From Pseudomonadota bacterium (lineage in GTDB: Bacteria; Pseudomonadota; Alphaproteobacteria; UBA11222), in NCBI GenBank assembly GCA_049323435.1, contig JBMOMX010000008.1, positions 40,609-104,608 of the forward strand: a stretch of 64,000 nucleotides of DNA, written 5' to 3'. Positions 58,165 to 64,000 of this stretch are shown here, piece by piece (the stretch's first letter is position 1; each line of letters starts with the position of its first letter). The translations under genes and the position numbers were made by a program. The notes beneath the pieces are model-generated. The model ran no database searches and had not been told where the DNA came from. It was given only the letters and a program-made list of their open reading frames with translations.

Positions 58165-58644
58165 CTATCTCTTGCGCATCACCGTTGCATTCAGAAGCAG
58201 GACTTTGGCTTCCGTGCTGCCCAGCACCATATCCGTGACGCGCTGAAGCTGATTTTTTATGGCGATCACATTTGCCGGCGCGCCCGCATCCTGAAATGCA
58301 GCGGCCCATTTCCCCAGCGCTTCGGTATAGCCAGCACTCAGGCGTGACTGATAGGTGTTGAGTTGCGCCATGCTTTGCGGGCTTGGAATATCCAGCATCA
58401 TCTCAATCATCAGATTGCCCGCAACACGGTTTTTTTTCAGCATCACAATATGCAGCGCGGGCATTTCCACAATAGCGGGCGTCACAAGTTCCTGGTCAGC
58501 CCTGGCGGCATGACCGGCGGCCGCATTCTCTGGCGGCTCAGGCGGGGCGGAATTGGCAGGCGCCTTTGATGGCAGCGCCGCTATCATCAGCACGGCCAGG
58601 GTGCAGGACGCTAAAATTTGCTTTACACCGGTTTTATATTTCAT
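58165..58644 (-). CDS. Hypothetical periplasmic protein
   Basis: Signal peptide MKYKTGVKQILASCTLAVLMIAALPSKA. No recognizable catalytic motifs. Confidence 0.5.
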   Translation of the reverse strand: MKYKTGVKQILASCTLAVLMIAALPSKAPANSAPPEPPENAAAGHAARADQELVTPAIVEMPALHIVMLKKNRVAGNLMIEMMLDIPSPQSMAQLNTYQSRLSAGYTEALGKWAAAFQDAGAPANVIAIKNQLQRVTDMVLGSTEAKVLLLNATVMRKR

Positions 58645-58739
58645 ATGAGTGACCTTTATCGCCGCCACATATTTTAACGCATAAGGGATAAACGAATGGT
58701 TATTCGCCCCGCCAGCGGGTCATCCGGCCAGGGCCTGCA

Positions 58740-59480
58740 ATGCCGCTAGAGGTTTCGCCGGACCAGCAGACCGGGAAGGCCGGACGTGATTATTTGCCGC
58801 GCTGGCTCTGGCTGGTGGCGGCGCCTGGCATTCTGCCCCTGCTGTATCTGGTGCGCTATCTGGATCTGGATTTCTATCTGGCCTGGATGGAGGGCGAGCA
58901 TGGCGTGATCGAGAATCTGGCGCCGCTGTTTCTGCTGCCTGCGATTTATTGTGGAATTATGCTCTGGCGGCGGCGCAGCATCTTTCCCGCATCCTGGATT
59001 GCGGTCTGGTTCCTGTTGCATGGCGTGGGCGCGTTGTATTTTGCGGGCGAAGAAATCAGCTGGGGGCAGCATTATTTTGACTGGCAGACCCCGCAAACCA
59101 TCGCTGCCATCAATGACCAGAACGAAACCAATCTGCATAATATGAGCAGCTGGCTTGATCAGAAGCCGCGCATCGCTTTATGGCTATGGGCGGTCACTGG
59201 CGGCTTTTTCGCCCCCCTGCTGATTGGCGCGGGGCTGGTGCGCCTGAAGGGGCGGCAGGACTGGCGCTACTGGATTTTACCGCCGGCAGCCTGCATGCCC
59301 GCCGGTTTGCTGGTGGGTCTGGTGCGTATACCCGAATATCTGTCTTTCTATCTGGGCGTCACCCCCCCATTTCCCTTTGATATCCGCGCCAGCGAGTTGC
59401 AGGAGCTGTTTATTACCCTGTTTTTAAGCTTTTACCTGGTGTCGGTCTATCGCCGGGCCCGCGCAGTGGCTTATTTGTGA
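58740..59480 (+). CDS. Hypothetical polytopic membrane protein
   Basis: 6-7 predicted TM helices. Conserved AGEEISWGQHYF segment. Function unknown. Confidence 0.5.
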   Translation: MPLEVSPDQQTGKAGRDYLPRWLWLVAAPGILPLLYLVRYLDLDFYLAWMEGEHGVIENLAPLFLLPAIYCGIMLWRRRSIFPASWIAVWFLLHGVGALYFAGEEISWGQHYFDWQTPQTIAAINDQNETNLHNMSSWLDQKPRIALWLWAVTGGFFAPLLIGAGLVRLKGRQDWRYWILPPAACMPAGLLVGLVRIPEYLSFYLGVTPPFPFDIRASELQELFITLFLSFYLVSVYRRARAVAYL

Positions 59481-59525
59481 CGGATGAACTTGCTCCGCCG
59501 GGGGATGGGCCCCCATCTGTAATGC

Positions 59526-59846
59526 ATGAATATCGTATCAAATATCGCCGTAGCAGGCCTGCGTTCAGCCGAAAACAGGTTTTCGGCCCGCGCCGAAAAT
59601 ATCGCCAACGCCACCAATGCCGGTTATACGGCGTTGCGCGCGGAACAATTTTCCACTGCTGCCGGTCCGGTTGTACGGATCAGTAAATCGGATAAACCGC
59701 GCCCGCAGGAGGCACGCCAGCCTGAGAGTGACCTGGCGGAAGAACTGGCCGGTCTGATTGTCATTAAAAATGACTTCCGGGCTGCGGCGAAGCTGCTGAA
59801 AACGGCGGATGAGCTGAGCGGAAGCCTGCTGGATATTCTGGTCTGA
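59526..59846 (+). CDS. Short flagellar basal-body rod protein-like protein (FlgB/FlgC family motifs, 106 aa)
   Basis: N-terminal IAVAGLRSAENRFSARAENIANATNAGY matches the rod-protein N-motif (ANN.AN..T.GY). C-terminal SDLAEELAGLIVIKNDFRAAAKLLKTADELSGSLLDIL matches the rod C-terminal motif. Confidence 0.55.
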   Translation: MNIVSNIAVAGLRSAENRFSARAENIANATNAGYTALRAEQFSTAAGPVVRISKSDKPRPQEARQPESDLAEELAGLIVIKNDFRAAAKLLKTADELSGSLLDILV

Positions 59847-59869
59847 ACCCGGCCGGCGGCGCCGGTCTA

Positions 59870-60500
59870 TTACAGAAACTCCCGCAATTTCGCTGCAATC
59901 TGCTCGGCGCTGGCGTCCATGCTGAAATGCGCCAGAAATTTACCATCGCGCCCCATCAGATAAATGATGTTGGAATGATCCATCAGATAGGATTGCGGGT
60001 CCGATTGGGCTTCGGCCTTGTTGTAATAAACCCGGTAGGCTTTGGCCACAGTTGCAATCTCATCTGCGCTGCCGGTTAATGCGGCAAGGCCGGGATGAAA
60101 ATGCGACATATAGTCGGCCAGCGCCGCCACGGTGTCGCGGTCTGGATCAACCGTGATCAAAAACCCCTGCACATCCTGAATTTTCCCAGCGTTTGAAGCT
60201 GCCAACAGATCCAGCGCCGCACTTAGTGTCTGCAATTCGGTCGGACATATATCCGGACAGGAGGCATAACCGAAATAGATCAGGCTCAAACGGCCCTGCA
60301 ACACTGCCTCGGTCACGCGCGTGCCGCGATGATCGGTCAGTGCAAATGGGCCGCCAATGGTGGCCGTACCCGTCCGGGTCTCGGCCGTGCGTGCAATCCT
60401 GGCCTCCGGCATGGCCTGACGCCACCAGAGATAGACCCCCGGCGCCGCCGCCAGGCCCGCAAATGCAAGAATGAGAATACGAACAGTGGATAAGGACATA
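59870..60500 (-). CDS. SCO1/SenC-family copper chaperone (thioredoxin-like)
   Basis: N-terminal TM. CPDICP (CxxxCP) motif and downstream conserved His region. Start MSLSTVRILILAF. Confidence 0.8.
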
Positions 60501-60556
60501 ACAGCGTCTATATTATATTTTCGCGGGAAAGAACAGAAGGGCTGAGGGGACCGGCA

Positions 60557-61216
60557 ATGGCGATGAGGAAAATGGGACTCGCAAGGATAGCTGTTATGGC
60601 CGTGCTGACCGGCCTGCTGCTGTCTGGCGGGCAAGGTCTGGCGCAAATTTCGAACGCGCGCGACGAGGGTACGGCCAAACGCGGTTACGGCGATCCGCTG
60701 CCGGAAAAACAGCGGGATGGGTCCGGGCCGGGCGGCCAGACCCTGACGCTGGTCGAGGCGGCGCAATCGGGTGGCGTGGCCGAAGCGCGCGGTGCGTTCC
60801 TGCTGGGCGAAAGCGTGAACAGCCGGGACCCGCGTGGTAAACCGGCTTTATTGATTGCAGCACATGCAGGCAATATTTCGGTGCTGCGGTTCCTGCTTGA
60901 AAAAGAAGCCAATCCCAATCTGTTCGAAAAAGCCACGGGCAAGACCGCCTTGATTGCCGCCGCCGAACGCGGCGACAGCGCCATGCTGCGCATATTGCTG
61001 GATTATAAGGCAGATCCTGATCATCAGGACCGCCAGGGCGAAACCGCCCTGATCAAGGCGGCGCGCATCGGCGATTTGCAATCTGTCTCGGTTCTGCTGG
61101 GCGCCGGTCTGAACGTGAATCTTACCGATTATGCAGGCCATACCGCGCTCTGGCACGCTATGGAGGCCCGCAACACCAAGATCGTCCAGCTAATCCAGAC
61201 GGCGGGCGGCAGTTAG
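60557..61216 (+). CDS. Secreted ankyrin-repeat protein
   Basis: Signal peptide. Four-five ANK repeats (GKPALLIAAHAGNISVLRFLL, GKTALIAAAERGDSAMLRILL, GETALIKAARIGDLQSVSVLL, GHTALWHAMEARNTKIVQLI). Confidence 0.75.
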   Translation: MAMRKMGLARIAVMAVLTGLLLSGGQGLAQISNARDEGTAKRGYGDPLPEKQRDGSGPGGQTLTLVEAAQSGGVAEARGAFLLGESVNSRDPRGKPALLIAAHAGNISVLRFLLEKEANPNLFEKATGKTALIAAAERGDSAMLRILLDYKADPDHQDRQGETALIKAARIGDLQSVSVLLGAGLNVNLTDYAGHTALWHAMEARNTKIVQLIQTAGGS

Positions 61217-61663
61217 CTAAACCGGGCTGATATCGGCTCCCACGGCCAGGCGGACAATGTTCCAGCCGTCCTGATGGACATGGCTGGCATCGGTGCCATA
61301 GGTCTGAATGAGCCGCAGTCCCATACCGCCGACCCGTGTGGGCGCCCGCCCGCTGGCCCGCATTTTTTTAGTGTGGACCGGGTCAAAAGGCGGCGCCTGA
61401 TCGCGGTAATCCAAAACCGCGCGGCCGTCACACACCCGCAGTGAAATCTGCACCGGGCAGTTGCTTTCCGCGTGATATCCGTGCTTTATCGTGTTCGTGA
61501 ACAGTTCCTCGATCACAAGCACCAGACGCATTACCAGTATTTCCGGAAATCCGGCTTCGCGCGCCCAGTTTTCCGCGCGCGCGCAGGCGTCGCAGCTGGC
61601 GGCATTGGTGGCGGCGAAAGTCCATTCTATCTTGCTGTCGGGGGACATGCTGTTGGAAGACAT
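61217..61663 (-). CDS. Anti-sigma regulatory factor-type GHKL ATPase (RsbW/SpoIIAB-like HATPase_c)
   Basis: LVLVIEELFTNTIKHGY N-box and downstream G-box-like GGMGLRLI. Confidence 0.6.
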   Translation of the reverse strand: MSSNSMSPDSKIEWTFAATNAASCDACARAENWAREAGFPEILVMRLVLVIEELFTNTIKHGYHAESNCPVQISLRVCDGRAVLDYRDQAPPFDPVHTKKMRASGRAPTRVGGMGLRLIQTYGTDASHVHQDGWNIVRLAVGADISPV

Positions 61664-62183
61664 GAGGCAGGCTGTCTATCTATTGGAAGGAATCATTACC
61701 GTGAGGGCAATCATAACTGTTTCCACGAAAAGCACCACCCGCCGCATCGCCGGAATCTTTGTGCTGATGGCGGCCGGGCTGGGCCTTTCCGCAAACGCCT
61801 ATGCCGCCGATATGATCGGCCTGATCAAAACCAGCAAGGGCGCGGTCAGCATTATGCGCGGCGGCCAGAAGCTCGAAGGCGCGTCAGGCGTCAAACTGTA
61901 TCAGTCCGATCAGGTGCTGACCGGTGAAAACGGCGCCGTGGGCATGACCTTCATTGATAATAGCCGCCTGTCCCTGGGCGCCAACAGCAATCTGGCGCTG
62001 GACAGGTTCCGCTTCAATACGACCACGCATGAAGGCGAATTTGTCAGTTCGGTCAAACACGGAACCCTGGCCGCCGTGTCGGGCAAAATCGCCAAACAGA
62101 CACCCGAAGCCATGCAGGTGCGCACGCCTTCTGCTATTCTCGGGGTGCGCGGCACCAAATTTGTTGTAGAAGTGCCGGAATAG
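61664..62183 (+). CDS. FecR-domain periplasmic protein
   Basis: Signal peptide (...AGLGLSANAYAADM). FecR-like beta-rich domain. Start uncertain: ATG 61664 or GTG ~61702. Confidence 0.55.
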
Positions 62184-62184
62184 A

Positions 62185-62772
62185 ATGATGAAACCTGTCA
62201 GACCCCTTATCGCCTCCACCCTGGCCGTATTTCTCACCGCCTGTGCCGGTAAAGATCTGGTCGTCGTTTTGCCGCATGAAGATGGCAGCGTCGGCGCTGT
62301 GGTTGTGCGCCAGAACGGCAAGGACACTGTGCTCGACAAGGCCAATAGCGCCGTAAAAGCTGGCGATGACAAAGCCTTCACCCTTGCCAGCAAGGATATC
62401 GAGCAGCGTTTTGGAACGGCCCTGACCGGCCTGCCGCCCGCCGCGCGCAGCTATACCCTGTATTTCAAGGAAGGCACCGTTACCCTTGAAGAAGGCTCAG
62501 CGCCGGTCATGGCGGAAATGCGCCAGGATGTTGCATCACGCATAGCCGGCGAGATCATGGTCATTGGTCACACCGACCGGGTTGGCACGCTCGCAGATAA
62601 TGATTTGCTGGCCTATGGCCGCGCATTATCCGTCAGTGATCTTCTGATTGCCAGCGGCATTCCCAAAGACACCGTGATTATCGCAGGGCGCGGCGAACGC
62701 GAACCGCTGGTCCCGACGGATGACGAAGTTGAGGAACCCCGCAACCGCCGGGTCGAAATCAGCGTCCGCTAG
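62185..62772 (+). CDS. OmpA-like domain lipoprotein
   Basis: Signal peptide with lipobox (LTACAG). C-terminal OmpA_C-like domain ([32 protein letters not shown]...RRVEISV). Confidence 0.8.
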   Translation: MMKPVRPLIASTLAVFLTACAGKDLVVVLPHEDGSVGAVVVRQNGKDTVLDKANSAVKAGDDKAFTLASKDIEQRFGTALTGLPPAARSYTLYFKEGTVTLEEGSAPVMAEMRQDVASRIAGEIMVIGHTDRVGTLADNDLLAYGRALSVSDLLIASGIPKDTVIIAGRGEREPLVPTDDEVEEPRNRRVEISVR

Positions 62773-62801
62773 ATCATTTTTCAGGAATAACACCCCCAAT
62801 C

Positions 62802-64000
62802 ATGCCCGACACCAAAGACGAAAAGATTTCGCGTTACAAAGACACGATTTTTCTGCCGCAGACTGATTTTCCCATGCGCGCGGGTCTGGCGCAGCGCGAG
62901 CCGGAACTGCTGGCGCGCTGGCAGGCGATGGATCTGCATGGCCGGTTGCGCGCCGATGCGAAAGGCCGCGAAAAATTCATTCTGCATGATGGTCCGCCAT
63001 ATGCGAACGGCCATCTGCATATGGGCCATGCGCTGAACAAAATTTTGAAGGACATTATCAACCGCTCGCGCCAGATGATGGGCTTTGACGCCTTTTATGT
63101 GCCGGGCTGGGATTGCCACGGCCTGCCCATCGAATGGATGATCGAGGAAAAATACCGCAAGGCCGGCAAGAACAAGGACGAAGTGCCGCTGGTCGAGTTC
63201 CGCAAGGAATGCCGCGACTTCGCCGCCAACTGGATCAATGTGCAGCGCGAGGAATTCAAGCGCCTTGGCGTGCTGGGCGATTGGGACCATCCCTATTCCA
63301 CCATGGCCTATGACGCCGAGGCGCAGATCGTGCGCGAGTTCATCAAATTTGTGATGAATGGCGGGCTGTATCGCGGCAGCAAACCCGTGCTGTGGTCGGT
63401 GGTGGAAAAAACCGCGCTGGCCGAGGCCGAGGTTGAATATCACGATCATGTGTCGAACACGATCTGGGTGAAGTTTCCGGTTGTTACATCAGATGACGCC
63501 GTGCTGCGCGATGCAAATGTGGTGATCTGGACAACAACGCCCTGGACCATTCCGGCCAACCGCGCCATCGCCTTTTCGCCGCGCATCGCCTATGGCCTGT
63601 ATCAGCTCGCGAGCGGCGAAAAACTGGTGCTGGCCGATGCGCTGGCCGAACAGGTCCGGACCGACGCGAAGATTGAAAGCTGGAACAGATTGCAGGATGT
63701 GTCTGCGGAAACGCTGGCGCAGATCATCTGCGCGCATCCGCTGCGTGGTCAGGGGTTTGAAGTGGATGTGCGGCTTTATCCCGCCGATTTCGTCACCGAT
63801 GACACCGGCACCGGCTTTGTGCATATCGCGCCCAGTCATGGTACGGATGATTTTGAACTGGGCGTGAAACATGGCATTGATGCGCCGTTCATGCTGGATG
63901 CGGCGGGCGTCTATCTGCCCACTGTGCCGCTGTTTGCGGGCAAGCGGGTGCTGAAACCCGATGGCAAACCGGGCGATGCCGACACCGCCGTGATGCAGGC
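62802..64000 (+). CDS. ileS: Isoleucine--tRNA ligase, N-terminal part (continues beyond window)
   Basis: [13 protein letters not shown] (HIGH motif), [10 protein letters not shown]. No stop before 64000. Confidence 0.9.
   Translation, partial: MPDTKDEKISRYKDTIFLPQTDFPMRAGLAQREPELLARWQAMDLHGRLRADAKGREKFILHDGPPYANGHLHMGHALNKILKDIINRSRQMMGFDAFYVPGWDCHGLPIEWMIEEKYRKAGKNKDEVPLVEFRKECRDFAANWINVQREEFKRLGVLGDWDHPYSTMAYDAEAQIVREFIKFVMNGGLYRGSKPVLWSVVEKTALAEAEVEYHDHVSNTIWVKFPVVTSDDAVLRDANVVIWTTTPWTIPANRAIAFSPRIAYGLYQLASGEKLVLADALAEQVRTDAKIESWNRLQDVSAETLAQIICAHPLRGQGFEVDVRLYPADFVTDDTGTGFVHIAPSHGTDDFELGVKHGIDAPFMLDAAGVYLPTVPLFAGKRVLKPDGKPGDADTAVMQ

Noticed and set aside
62781-63449. 222-aa minus-strand ORF
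   Set aside because: Antisense to the clearly identified ileS N-terminal region (HIGH motif).
1-64000. tRNA, rRNA, tmRNA, RNase P or SRP RNA genes
   Set aside because: I scanned for T-loop/GTTCGAATC-like motifs and cloverleaf context. The only hits were inside coding sequences (for example 24959, within an SDR gene). No convincing RNA gene was found.

Overview
This 64-kb window looks like an alphaproteobacterial chromosome segment. GC is high in genes, and a few short AT-rich intergenic islands stand out. Almost all of it is protein-coding on both strands; I found no rRNA, tRNA or CRISPR.

Main blocks, in order:
- 1-4500: the start of a phage-like / gene-transfer-agent-like head-packaging module on the minus strand: an HTH regulator-like gene, an intrinsic terminator, a small-terminase-like gene, the large terminase, the portal and a small TM protein running off the window. 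An XRE repressor-like gene lies divergently.
- 5.2-17.6 kb: housekeeping genes. A glutamine-synthetase-family gene, the olsB-olsA ornithine-lipid operon, a TerB-like/TerC pair, a PEP-CTERM secreted protein, a nitronate monooxygenase, and a YejA-like binding protein - NfeD/SPFH pair - dapD stretch.
- 17.6-23.6 kb: the YejF-A-B-E peptide ABC transporter.
- 23.6-29 kb: an accessory patch. A metallophosphoesterase and three tandem paralogous SDR dehydrogenases are followed by a small mobile element bounded by REP-like hairpin inverted repeats that carries a GIY-YIG nuclease gene. An IS30-family insertion sequence is nested in its right end. Miniature and solo derivatives of the same element recur at 40.5 kb and 47.5 kb.
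- 29-35 kb: methylmalonyl-CoA mutase and an MBL hydrolase, then the emrAB-like efflux pair.
- 35-40.4 kb: a SUV3-like helicase with a long disordered tail, Hsp15-like S4 protein, TerB-family protein, fdxA and an orphan CheZ-like phosphatase.
- 40.7-43.2 kb: an enoyl-CoA hydratase, then cmoA translationally coupled to a membrane ICMT/PEMT-family methyltransferase, with no cmoB.
- 43.2-53.1 kb: nth, a kinase, cysK, moeB, GST, a DUF899-ArsR pair, a 2-hydroxyacid dehydrogenase and small conserved proteins.
- 53.1-58.1 kb: pckA divergent from chvI-chvG, with tandem hairpin repeats at the pckA 3' end.
- 58.1-64 kb: a short FlgB/C-like protein, SCO1, an ankyrin protein, an anti-sigma-type ATPase, FecR-domain and OmpA-like proteins, and the 5' part of ileS.

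The most interesting signals:
- The GIY-YIG-carrying hairpin-bounded element family.
- The cmoA-ICMT coupling.
- The terminator-gated phage/GTA-like head module.
- Several complex palindromic repeat elements.
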